A stretch of 64,000 bases of DNA from Orbicella franksi (Eukaryota). The notes beneath the pieces are model-generated. The model was not told the DNA's origin. It saw only the letters and a program-made list of their open reading frames with translations, and did no database searches. Numbering within the stretch: position 1 is the first letter of the stretch; each line of letters opens with the position of its first letter. The stretch covers positions 21,390,001 through 21,454,000 of the forward strand of contig OZ116711.1 of the NCBI GenBank assembly GCA_964199315.1, in the 5' to 3' direction. The position numbers and the translations under genes were made by a program. Shown piece after piece: positions 25,601-37,184 of this stretch.

Positions 25601-28600
25601 CGCTGACATAGAAGAGGGAAATTCTGAAAGGGCGGTCGCCGGGTGAATTACCCTCCCCTCCATTCTCCTTTTTTCCTCAGTTCAAACGTGCCCGCGTGAG
25701 TGAATTCTTTTTTTAGTAGGATTTGATTTTGTCACAATGTCTTTGCTAGCAAGCTTGAAACGGAAAGGTCCGCCTTTGAATGAGAAATTTCCAAAGAGCG
25801 TCCTGTAATATATTTAGTAGTGTAACTAACCCTAACCCAAAAACCATCCCCTCCCACCACTCCCTGCCAGCAGGTCCCTAGTCCCTCACTACGATCACCG
25901 TTATCCTAACAGGACGTTAGAGAGATCTGTGACAAGTACTCAGACGATGGATTACCAAACTACCCTAGTGGTGTACCCTTCACGTTTTGGGAACAGTACA
26001 TCTGGCTTGGAAGGCGAATATTGATTGCGATTTCTATTTCATTGGCGGTTAGCTTCGTTGTAATGGCGGCCATGTTGTTCAACCCCTGGGCGGCTGCTGT
26101 TATTGTTCTCGTCCTAATAATGATCACTGTGGAAGTGTATGGCTTTATGGGTCTGGCTGGTATAAAACTTAGTGCCGTGCCTGCAGTTACACTCATTCTG
26201 TCTGTTGGAGTCGGTGTGGAGTTTACTGTACACATGTGCATGGTATGTCATCTCAGCATAATAGACACTGTGGTAAAACTTAAGTCAAAGAATGTTTTTG
26301 TATGGCAAGTTAAAATTGAAGGCTGTTCTGATTAAACGGTTTTTGCAATCGTCGCAATTATATTTCTGTGCGGTTGTAGCTGAGGTTTTAAATCTGGTAG
26401 TATTTTAATTCAATTTGGAATTTACTCCGGTGGTTTGAATTACATCAAAATTCCTGTTGCTATTGCGGGTCGTTATATGACTTATTTGAGCAGCTTCAGG
26501 TTGGCGCCAGTCTTCTAATCCCTGTCGTAAGCTAAGCAGAACCGATTAGAACTGGTAACCAGTGGTAAGCGCGGGAAAAACATGCAACGTGCGTCAAGCA
26601 TTGGAAAATATGCGCGTAGGCCAAGTGACAGTTTTGTTTTTGCTCATAATTTGTCGATAAAATCTTATTCTGATCGCTTAGAGCACTTGGCACGATCATT
26701 TTGTAATCATTTGGAGAGTTCAGTAACTACCTAAAATAACATCAGCATTTACATAATAAAAATTAATCTGTTCTTCACTTTTAGGCGTTTTTACACGCCC
26801 CTGGAGACAGGAACCAAAGAATGCAGAGGGCTATTGAACAAGTGTTTGTACCCATTGTGGATGGCGCCATTTCCACGTTTCTTGGTGTTGTAATGCTGGC
26901 GGGATCCGAATTTCAATTTATAGTCAGGTAGGATTAGTTATAAACTCAGCTGTTGACACTGGCTTATTTTTCAGTGACGAAGAAGAATTTGCCAATTCCT
27001 AGCATTCTTTCTTACACGGATGTTTTTGTGGAAGGCATAGGTGGAGACCAGTCTTTGCGAGGAAAGGCTCGCTCGTGTTTTTTTGCTTTTCGCTGCGTCT
27101 ACTTGTAGTTTGTACCATATTTTCTTGTCAGCAGGTTCTTGGGAATCTATCTCCATTTTACTCTTGCCCCAAAGTTTTTCTTCCGCTTCGTGCGTTTAAA
27201 AATAATATTAAGTAAAACTAGAAGAAAGAAAATCTCTGAGACCATGGGTATCTCCGAGCAGTCCAAGAAATAAATTCCATATTTACCATACAGTCATGTA
27301 AGCACTGCGTTTATAATTCACTCTACCCAAAATTTAATTGCTATCGTATCTGCACGCATACATGTTAATTCCATATTTTCCACCGACGACGTAAGTATAT
27401 GAACTGTATATCTCCTATCGTTAAGCAATAGACCACAAGTTTTTATGGTTTATAGGCTGATAAACCACGCGGGATGTTGAAAGAACACGAGAAGAATTCG
27501 TAAATCACTCGCCTGCGGCTCGTGATTTACGAATTCTTCGAGTGTTCTGCCAACATCCCAAGTGGTTTATCATGCCTCTAAACCATAGAAACTTGTGGTC
27601 TATTGCTTTTATATAATAATTCAGAAGACACGCGAAATTTCCATGAGTTTACTGGCACAATAAACCATAGCTGATTGACCAATCAGAGCGCGCGCATTCA
27701 TTTGATTATTACATAATACAAAATAAACTACATATCTAAACTGCTTGCCAATCTTGACCTCTACTGTGTGAGTAGCGTAAAAATTGTTTCTTAATTAATG
27801 TCTTTGTCTACATTCTTTTCTTCACAGATACTTTTTTAACCTCCTTGTGGCGTTAATTCTGATTGGTACATTGAATGGCGTTGTGTTTCTACCTATTGTT
27901 CTCTCTTTAGCCGGACCAGGAGCAGCGGTAAGTTATAAAAGGAGTTTTCTCTTGGTTGTAATAATCACTCATTGAGAGAAACTTGTTACGAACGGAGCAT
28001 TACTTGTCCAAGGCTCCGTGCAACTACGCCGGAGGAATTGGAAAACGGAGGTTTTACTCTGAAAACGCATCAAATATTTTCCGTCCACAATACGACGGAG
28101 GAATTTAAAAACGCAACAATCACCGGTCATTTTGGATTTGTGTTTGAGGAAAACTCGGTCAGGAAAATCAAATGACGATCGTGACGTCATCGTTTTCGAA
28201 AAGCTACGTTTTCAAAATGTTTTCCGTCCACACGAAAACTAAAAGCCGGCGTTTTCAAATTTCTCTGGTTTGAAGAGCGTTTCCGAAAGGCTCCGTTTCC
28301 GTGACGGATTAGTGTGGACGGTAGGCCTAACCGTAGAAATAAAGCTGCGTTTTCAAATTTTTCCGAAGTAGTGTGGACGACGTATAGTGTGAAATTAAAG
28401 ATGTCGGACTTTCAATGTTTACTTGAATGTACATCAGTGTCATCACTCACTTACATTAGAGCAAATGGTCTAATAAATGTATTATTATTTTTATATATAC
28501 TTGTCCAATTATTTGGGTCTGTTTTTGTTTTTGCTAGGCAACAGAAATCCCAAAACTGAGTAGCCCCTCGAATTCACACGCCATTCAAAACCCCTCCTCC

Positions 28601-28822
28601 GCTGAGTCAGCAATTAACGTTCTGGAACTAGAGGAAAACCAATTAAGTACTGTCAAGAAGGTAGACGAGAAACCAAATGATAATAATGGGTCCGTTCTAG
28701 AAAGGACCTATCAGAACATTAAACATGGGGCACAAGTGGAACCATCCGATAAAGAGCCAAGGAGCGCGGGCGTGACGACGGGCGAAGGGCCAAACCCAAG
28801 AGAATATGATATTAAACTTTGA
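10621..28822 (+). CDS. PTCH1: Patched paralog B (PTCH1-like), complete, 24 coding exons, 1213 aa
   Basis: Exons: 10621-10804, 12873-13083, 13385-13454, 14487-14590, 15219-15324, 16164-16256, 16804-16922, 17398-17545, 17970-18101, 18655-18813, 19228-19326, 19953-20081, 20573-20691, 21319-21700, 22422-22658, 23226-23304, 23765-23907, 24479-24589, 25218-25287, 25381-25469, 25913-26242, 26785-26927, 27828-27927, 28538-28822. Total 3642 nt, in frame, all GT-AG. Motifs: [57 protein letters not shown]. In-frame TAA at 10600 lies upstream of the ATG. Confidence 0.93.
13965..14415. mobile_element. PIF/Harbinger-like MITE with TAA target-site duplication (gene B intron 3)
   Basis: TIRs AGGCTGGTTTTCACTAGCGACGGAGTCG / CGACTCCGTCGCTAATGAAAACCAGCCT, with TAA on both sides (13962-13964, 14416-14418); internal GGAGTCG/CGACTCC repeats. 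Confidence 0.88.
16675..16712. repeat. Poly-C plus (CCA)n microsatellite
   Basis: C run followed by CCACCACCACCACCACCA in gene B intron 6. Confidence 0.9.
22701..23089 (+). mobile_element. High-copy ~390-bp MITE family 1 (AGGC...GCCT ends), full copy
   Basis: TIR AGGC(C/T)CCGTCCACACTACGCCGGAGAAATTTGAAAACG with repeated TTTGAAAACG units; TA/TAA-like flanks. Other copies are listed separately; a fragment lies at ~13173-13250. Confidence 0.85.
24093..24385 (+). repeat. Dispersed G/C-run-terminated MITE-like repeat
   Basis: GGGGGG..TCCTATATAAAAAGGACGGGGGTGCTC...GAGCACCCCTGTCCTTTT; related copies at ~15368-15530, ~52441-52770 and ~53090-53290. Confidence 0.65.
25085..25146 (-). pseudogene. Degenerate tRNA-like/SINE head
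   Basis: Minus strand TAGCTCAGTTGATAG...GGTCGTGAGTTCAAATC has A/B-box-like motifs but no intact acceptor stem. Confidence 0.45.
27425..27606. repeat. Palindromic element (gene B intron 22)
   Basis: Inverted arms GCAATAGACCACAAG...AATTCGTAAATCAC / GTGATTTACGAATT...CTTGTGGTCTATTGC; core ACTCGCCTGCGGCTCGT. Confidence 0.85.
28011..28384 (-). mobile_element. MITE family 1 copy (gene B intron 23)
   Basis: Reverse-orientation copy of 22701-23089. Confidence 0.85.
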
Positions 28823-31800
28823 CGTGATGAAGGTCACTTGGATTTAATAATTATCGTATTAACCCTTCGTATACACTAAGAACTGACTAGAAAAAGGAGC
28901 TGCCCATACGGGATACGGAAAATTGAGGTGAAAAATTAATGGAATACCTGGATAATGGGGGGGGGGGGGGGGGGGATTAATGGGGAAAGGGATATTTAGA
29001 ACAGATGTCCCGGAAAATCGAGAAGGAAAATAGTTAATTTTGCAACTGGAATTTACGGAATATGAGATATTTAGGCCAAAAATTAATGGGATCTGAGATA
29101 CTCAAACCCCCTCTCTAATGGGACCTCGTATAAACAATGTAGCCTCCATTTAGCGCGAAAATATGCGCGGATATTTGCCCGCGGACGTTGTCTGTTCCGA
29201 GGAGCGAGTAGTTTTTCAAAAGCAAAGCTTGAGGAAAACTGTGAACTTCGAGGAACAGTCGAACAGAGAAAGTTCAAGGACAAACACCCGAGAATGTTTT
29301 TAAAGTCAAATGGGGGCTACAAATTGCGTTTATTATCCTTCAAATGTCTTTCGTAGCACGCGGGATCTTTTAAAAATTGGGGAATATCACTCGGATATTC
29401 CCCAGTTTTAGCTGGGAGATATTCAGTCATGTGACGCGTTTAGACCAATTGCGTGCGAGCGATATTCGACAGATATTCTCTCCTTAGAGCTACTCGTTTT
29501 CGAATCGAAGCGAAGGCTCGGAGGAAGACTTTGTCGAGAAGTATAAAGTACCCGCGCCAGTTAAACGGGGTTAAATTCAAGTAAATTCCTACTTGTCTGG
29601 TATCTAATAATTAGCAAAGTAGAATTGAAATTCTTTTCTTCAAATCAATTTTGCGTCAATAGCAAGATGGCGATTTTGTAATAAGGTCATGGAATGGGAA
29701 ATTCGAGATTGCACGTGCGTGTAAACTTCTCGTTCTCAAAATACCATTCTCAAAATGGAGTAAATTTTATTAAAATGGATTACTACTGTGATTTAGCTTT
29801 TGGTCGAAAATGCCCCGCACTAGCGTCCACAAATGGACTCCCCTTAACGTCCATTTGACGTTCAGCAGGGAGTAAGTGGATTCCTTCCACGGTTCCAAGA
29901 GCTGTCACTTGTAATTTTGGAATGTGAAGATACTTCAAGCACCTGTATTTCTCTGGGCCGGGTAGTTCAGAGCCTGATTAAGCTAACCCAGTTTTTGTAA
30001 TTTTTCGGCGAGGTTTTCTGTTTATATTGTTTGACCTTCAGTTTTGAGCTTGAGTAATCTCAAACTACACAAAACATAAGAAGTGAAAAGCATTTTTACT
30101 CTATAAAAGTTGATAATTCGGTTAACTTTTAATCCTAGGTTAGCGTTAAGCAGCTTTCGAACAACTCGGTCCCGGTTATCACCAATATTACGTAACATAT
30201 ATTTATTATTGCTAAGTTTTCTATGTATTTTTAAGTATTAATTTTGTATTTTAAAAAGTTCCCATGAACTGCTATGATAAATTTATCTTTATGCACCTCT
30301 GTCTATAAAACATTTAAGTTTAAATGTACATGATAAATCAGGTTATTGACCTCAAAGATATGTACTGGGAGTAAATCTGATAACCAAAAATAAGCCCAAA
30401 TATTCCGTCAGAATGTGGAACAGTGAATATTTTGAACAAAGAAAAAAAAAAATCTTTTTATGTATCGATGTTTCATTAGTTTAAATGTCGTTATTTTGAA
30501 GTAAAATAAAAAACAAACAAACTAATACTGTGCAAACAGTTCTATAAATCTACCGTTATCTCACCAGTTTGCGTATATCCTTTTATTATTAAAATTTACA
30601 AAAATGTTTTTCATTGTTTCTTATACTAAAATTTATTCACTTTAATTCAGCCAAAATATGGCCTTGTGAAGGAGCTTTATTTATTACACAATGTCCTAAC
30701 TATATTACAATATTATTTAAAAAATGCACAGTTAAATTTAAATGAAAAGTAACTTCTTTATTGTAATTTAGCAGACTTGAAGTAGTTGCTCTCTTTTTTG
30801 AGTTTCTATGCGCGAGCAGAATTTTAACTCTTCTGTCGTAATATTTTCTCTTTTTTTTTTCTTGTGCCATAGAAATTCACGAAAACAAATACTACTCTAG
30901 TCTACTTGGCTTTTAAAGCCCACTCCAATATTTATAGAACACGGAAAATAAATAAAAATATTTGTTTTATTAACTTGTTCTTATTGCATATTATCAATAT
31001 ATCAATATTGTTTGAAGAAAAAACGGGTAAAAGCGAAAATAAAACCTAATGGCTTGCGCGTATTTATGGCATGTTTGTAAGGCTTTTCCACGGTGGCCAT
31101 ATTGGAATTTCCAAACTATGGGAAAACTTTGCACACGGAATGAACTCATTTCCCTCAGAAGAGAAATTTTATTTTTCAACATTTCCTAACACAGTAGGCT
31201 ACCACAGCAACAGTATGACCTGTTAGAATCATCCTTAATTGTCGAAAATCAGGAATCTAATGTGGCTCTGAACCCCATGAACAGAACGTTTTAAATTTTG
31301 CTAAACGTTGCGTCATATCCTGATAATCAAAATTCGATCATAATGAATGCAGGTCCTGACCGAGCTTAATTTTGAGTTATTAGCAGTTTAAGTTAAAATT
31401 AAGGTGTTTTTAGCGGGTCATATTGTTGCTATGGTAAGCTATCGTGTAGAGAATATGATAACGACGTGTCCACCAGTGATTGGGCAGTTTTTTGATACCA
31501 TGATTGTAGCATCAAGTGATAAAGAGTGTTTACAATGGCTCATCAAAATCTAAGTCTTGCAAAGTGCTGGAAACTGTTTTTTAAAACAGTTTAAAATATG
31601 TTTTGCATGAATCATCTATATACTTACACAGATTGACCGGGCCGAAGTGAAATAAGGAAGCCTTGAAACCATGCAAGCGATTAACCACGCCAAAACCGAA
31701 ACACCACTTCTGTTATCACCAAAACCCGAATTGCTAAAACAGGAAAAAGAAACCAAACACCGCAACAAACCGAAAAACAGGAAGTTGTTATCCTAAAAGC

Positions 31801-34800
31801 CGAAACGCCCCCAACCCATGGCCACCCACAGTTAAATAACAGGAAAACCACCACTCGAAAGTTAAACACTTTGCGGTATGAGAACAAAAAATGCTTTGTC
31901 TTCTCTGTTACACTCAACCTTTCGTGATTGTCTTGACCCTCGTTTGGAAAATTTATTTTGAAAGTCAACTTAAGCTGGAATTCTTTATGGCAAACCTTTT
32001 ACCACATTGTTGCTTTGGGCAAAGGTAACAACAGACTTGTAAATGTTGTTCTTTCTGTTCTCTGTAGGCTATTTGTAAAACAGGAAGTCTTAATAATTCA
32101 AATTGGGGTTCTCTAATAGCGGGAATCTTTGAAATGGGAAATCTTTAGAAGCAACATTATTGAACAAAGACAGAATTTAAAAGCGAGAATCTTTACAATG
32201 GGGAATTTCCAAGATGGGGAGGTGGGGGGGGGGAGGGGTACTCTGTGAATCTTTGGGTAGGGGTGTGCTGCTGGAACACTGGAACCCTATACTAGACAAT
32301 GATCAGCTTGATTTTACAACGATCAGCTTGATTTTGCAACCAAAAACCCCTACCCTATCCCAGACTAGCTATTTGCAATGCAGAAACTTAACCACCATCG
32401 TAGTCCAACATACGCTAACTAAACCAATATTTCACAAAGTCACTTCCAAGTTTCAATTTCTATTACAGAACCCCGGATGAAGAACCCTGTTCTAGACTAA
32501 ATTATTTATACATCGGCCGCTTTTCCGGTAAATTACACCTTATTCTAAACCAAAACTGTCTGATTTCTATGCCCTATCCCAGACTAAATTACCATACCCC
32601 TCACGGCGGCACGTACCCATATGGCTTATGTATGGGAGTACCTCCCCCCCGGTTCACTGTAACTTGTTTTCAAGGACCAGTACATTTCCCGGGTGGATGT
32701 CATCACGGCGCTTCTAACGGTAACACGAGACAAGTCAGTTTTTGAACCCATAAGTCAAATAACTCCTAAAAGGTCACATTCCACATAGCGAGAACGCAAA
32801 ATTCAGCCACGCACAAAGCCGAGTTGAAAATAGCTTCAAGAAGTTTTAAATTTTAAGGTTAAGAGACCACTTCTAGACATTTTTGGATCCAAAGTGAGAT
32901 CTTAGACCCTCTCTCAGCGTGATGAAGAAATGCCATTAAGCATGTTAACTGTTCGCCTGTAAGCCAAGGAAACACCGTGATATGATCATGTTGATAAAGA
33001 TTAGACTTCCGTTGCTTGTGTGCGGTACTGGTGTGGTGCCCTCACAGGCCGTCATCACCTTTTGTGTTGTCGAGTTTCTTGTCCAATCACGGATGAATCG
33101 GAACAATGACAAGGGTGAAATGGAACAAGAGAACAGAATTAGAAACCGATCGCGTTTCACTGATCCAATGTGACTAAAGCGAAATTATGCTTGTGAACGC
33201 GTGAATGGCTCTAAGCCCGGATTATGGCTTTACAAATGTTCCCTTCCCTTTCCCTCAACCTGGAAATGCTGTTCTACGTTCAAGAACTGCAAGATAACCG
33301 ATGCTTTTCGGGCCCTGTACGTTCAAATGTCCGCGCGTTGAAAGCCTTTGACGTCGTTTCATGTTGAACTTCGCGTGGTCGAAGGTTTCAACATTTGAGC
33401 CCGAAAATGACTGCTGTTTCGCCGAAGGACTTCGTTTGGGCAAAGGACGGTCTTCGAGAGATTGACCAGGTAATAAATGTTGATATTGCCAAGCTATCCA
33501 GTGGGCCAGTTTCATGCATATTGTACATTGTGTTCGAGCCACTCGCGGCCTGTGGTCTTTAGGGAGTGTTTACACAGACGGCAATGACACAGTTTCGATT
33601 TCGCGTAGATTTGTTTTGCTGATATGCTGTGCTTTTAAAGCCTTCCTGTTATTTTTCTGGTTTCACTTTTTGCATTTCGACTCGAAAAAACAGTTTCCTT
33701 CAAACTTTGCCCACGAGTCTACCTTACCTTATTGCAAAAGTAAACGGAGCCATCTAAGTTTTGCAAATATTTTTTTTATCTCAAATTAAATTTTTGCGGG
33801 TCAAAGAGCTACCTATTTTTAGCCATGGCGAGGAGATAGAAAAGAAAATATTCCAAGCTCACCGCTTCAAAACGCTGTATCGTACTTGTTGAATGTGCCA
33901 AGTTACTTTAACATGTGGTCGTTCGGTCTGTCACAGATCTTGACATACGTGTGGTTTGCCTAGCCGTCAAAGATTTAGATGCCCTTTGCCTTCACGGGAT
34001 TTAGCACTTACTAAAGCCGGATTTTTTCACTTAGTTTACGGATATTGGTGGTCAGATCAGCCGTGACGGCAAGTTTATACGGGATTTAGCACATTACAAG
34101 AATATCCTCACGGTAACGTCAGACCCTCAAAAGCGAATTTTCGCGCATGCGCCATGCAAAATAATGTTACTTTCACCTCGGTTATCTCGAATTCCCCGTT
34201 ATCACGAATTCAAGTCCGCTTCCCTTAGATTTGTCTTTGTTTTTTCAGTGATTTACTATCGATTATCTCAAACTGGGTTATTTCGAACTCCCGCTATTTT
34301 GGGCTATCTGTTTCCTAGCTTGTCTTGAAATCAACTCTGTACGTTTCTTCCGACCTCCACTGGTAGAGTTGAGAAACAAACATCATGAGGTCAGACCACG
34401 TTAGAACAAGGCTGGAAAACTACAACTGGGGCATTTCATTGCACTTTAATAATCTTGTACTGTAATGAACCTCGTCCTCAGGCGATTACATATTAGCATA
34501 GTATGAATTGTTATATTTTTGATATTTAATGCTGACCAGGTTATTTCAAACCCTCGATATTTCGAACTTATCCTTTTTTTCTTTTCCCCTCAGGGTTTGA
34601 AATTGCGAGGTTCAGCAGTTAGTAAATAGAGTGGTTTTCAATTGAGTTTCGTGAAACCAAAACCAAACTATTTACTTCCTAATAAGACTACTCAACCAAA
34701 CTCAAACCGTAGTAAAGCCAAAACCAAAGTAATTGCCTGATTACTTTCGACACTCAATAAAAAAACGCTCTAAAAAGACGAATAAGTAAGTTAATAATTA

Positions 34801-34801
34801 C

Positions 34802-34981
34802 GAAATAGAGCACATTTTCCGTGTTTACATAGCCTCCTCCAAGCACGAGGAGGGTTGGGAGAATTCGAGACAGTTATGCAAACCCGAGATGTATGCGAGG
34901 GTTTGCATTACTTTCGAGAATTCTCCCAGCCCCCCGAGTGTTTAGGTGAGGCTATGTAAACACGGAAAAGTTCTCTATTTC
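34802..34981. repeat. Palindromic element (B-C spacer)
   Basis: Inverted arms GAAATAGAG...TTTCCGTGTTTACATAGCCTC / GAGGCTATGTAAACACGGAAA...CTCTATTTC. Confidence 0.8.
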
Positions 34982-35148
34982 TTTTTGCTGGCGAGCCCTA
35001 GCGAGGCAGCAGCCTATTCTTTACAATAGCAATCCGGGCATACCGGGGTGCGTGTGAATGCACGTTGAAATATCGATCTATTTCGAGCAATAGCTGTGTA
35101 CAGCCGTCCCGCTCTGCTAGAAATCAAGGACACGATAAACGAGGTGAA

Positions 35149-35420
35149 ATGAAGATGTCTTTAATTGCTTGTGGAAGTATTCATCAAGGTCATGAAGGGT
35201 TTAGTGATGACTCGAGAGGAAGACAAGAGATTTTTATGTGTTTGGCTGCTCTATTACGTGAGCAATTTTTGCCGATTCGCGAATGGAGGTGCCAAGATAT
35301 CGATCAAGTCCTTCTCCATGAAGATCATTTTTTTTCTCAGTCCATTCAGCAGCAGTGAAGTGTTAGGCAAAAATGCTTCCATTCGGAGTAAACTGCCGAC
35401 TGCAGCTTGCTGGTCGCGGG
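35149..35420 (+). pseudogene. Degenerate herpes-tegument-type (peptidase C76-like) cysteine protease domain, probably mobile-element derived
   Basis: Translation MSLIACGSIHQGHEGFSDDSRGRQEIFMCLAALL...EWRCQDIDQVLLHEDHFF follows the GSxHQG...GxQC...W...D.D.IL..G pattern; the catalytic Cys position reads Glu; frameshift follows. Recognised by motif memory only. Confidence 0.5.
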
Positions 35421-35962
35421 AGAAAAGAGAGGAAGGTGCGAAGCCAATCTGCTTTATGTCGAAAGCGACTTCGGTACCACAGGCTAATCATTCACAGTAT
35501 TCTTCGCCCGTTGAAGCGATAAATTTGATCGTTAAGTCAAAATTTCTGCCCGTTGAGATAAATCTAACTAAAGTGGTCCCTGTCTTCAAAAGTGGTGAGG
35601 ATACCGACCCCAATAATTATTGTCCTGAATCGCTGCTCTCTATATTCAGCAGAATCCTTGAAAGACTAATGTACTAGCGTTTAAAATCGTTCTTTGAGAT
35701 GAATGGTCTGTTTTATGAGTCACAGTACCGTTTTAGAGAGAAACACTCCACACAGCATGCATTAATTGATATAGTAAATAGGATCCGAAACAATATGGAC
35801 AAAGGGATGCTCTCTACTGGAGTGTTTATCGATCTGAAAAAGGCGGTTGACACGGTTGATCATGAAATTCTATTAGATAAGTTGTACCGCTATGGAATCA
35901 GAGGAATTATACTAGAATGGTTCTCATCCTATCTTAAGGGAAGATCTCAAGTAACCCAAATC

Positions 35963-36178
35963 AAAAAAAAAAATGTTCAAATGTTGTTGTTTATAGTGGT
36001 CAATGCGCTTAGCAACACTTAGCTAGTTCACAGGCATGCCACTTTAAATGAAGGAAACAAATATATCAACTAAACGTAATAGGCTTAAAAATCCCAGCCG
36101 GCGGGAGGCAGATCAGTTGGCTGTTTACAAGCATGACCGAGGAGTTGAACTAGGGTCTACCGAGAAACAACTCCAGCA
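35963..36178 (-). mobile_element. Truncated tRNA-derived SINE (family B) inserted in the LINE RT
   Basis: Splits the RT between RSQVTQI and HVSPKELNPCGVPQG; alignable over ~200 nt to the copy at 40880-41143. Confidence 0.75.
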
Positions 36179-36823
36179 TGGGCATGTCTCACCTAAAGAA
36201 CTAAATCCTTGTGGTGTCCCCCAGGGATCTGTGCTGGGTCCTCTCTTATTTCTTATTTATATTAATGATATTCATAAATCTTCTGATAAATTAAGTTTCT
36301 TTCTTTTTGCGGACGACACCACTATCCTATTTGCTCACAAAAATTTAAAAGTACTTGAACAAGTAGTTAACTCAGAGTTGAGTAAAGTTTCAGAGTGGTT
36401 AATTGTAAATAAGCTTACCCTAAATATCAATAAATCCAATTTTGTTATCTTTTGTCCGAGCCAGACGAAGATTAATAAGGAAATTAGTATCAAAATGTAT
36501 GATAACAGTGCCAATAAGTTCTGTTCTCTAGATCGTAAAGATTTATTGAAATTTCTGGGAATTCTTATTGATTGTAACCTAAAGTGGAAGCACCATATCG
36601 ACTTTATCTCGTTGAAAATAAGTAAGACTATTCCTGTTTTCATTCAATCAAAGATTTTACCTGTAAATATGATCTATTTTGACGCGATTGTGAATTTCAT
36701 GCATGATATTTGGAAAAAAACTAGCCCCTTAGCTTATCAGAGCTCTTTTCACTAGGTCAAATGAAATTCATGGGTACAACACAAGGCATGCCGCAAAAGA
36801 GAATTATCTTCGGAAAGAAGTTA

Positions 36824-37184
36824 AGTCCTGGTCAAACGGACTCGCAAGTAGTCGCAAGTGGCCACAAGTTAAACATGCGTAGAGACTTGCGTTGGGTGGC
36901 CAAACGGACTCGCAAGTCTCCTCGCAAGTACACGCAGGTCGCAATAAAACCCATTTCAAGGCAGACATATCCTGTATTTCATTGGCTAATAATAGGTAAA
37001 TGGACGTCACTCAACTTGTGTTGACTTGGATTGGGTGGCCAAACGGTGAAAAACTTGCGTCGACCTGCGTGCAAATTTGATCTCGACCAAAGTGAGCGCA
37101 AGTCATCGCAAGTCAACGCAAGTGCACGCAAGTAGACGCAAGTTGAGAACTTGCGTCTACTTGCGACTCCGTTTGGCCAGGGCT
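36824..37184. mobile_element. PIF/Harbinger-like MITE with TTA target-site duplication, inside the LINE
   Basis: TIRs AGTCCTGGTCAAACGGACTCGCAAGTAG / CTACTTGCGACTCCGTTTGGCCAGGGCT, flanked by TTA at 36821-36823 and 37185-37187; internal CGCAAG repeats. Confidence 0.85.

Noticed and set aside
33103-33230. Possible decayed exon 1 of gene C (MNRNNDKGEMEQENRIRNRSRFTDPM*LKRNYACE...MAL), vaguely like the Ptc RxxYCDA..AL motif
   Set aside because: Needs a stop read-through and a frameshift, has no clear donor site, and overlaps minus-strand open stretches of unknown origin; cannot be distinguished from chance.
33255-33542. 95-aa minus-strand ORF (MARTQCTICMKLAHW...)
   Set aside because: No family recognised and no splice context; possibly TE coding debris.
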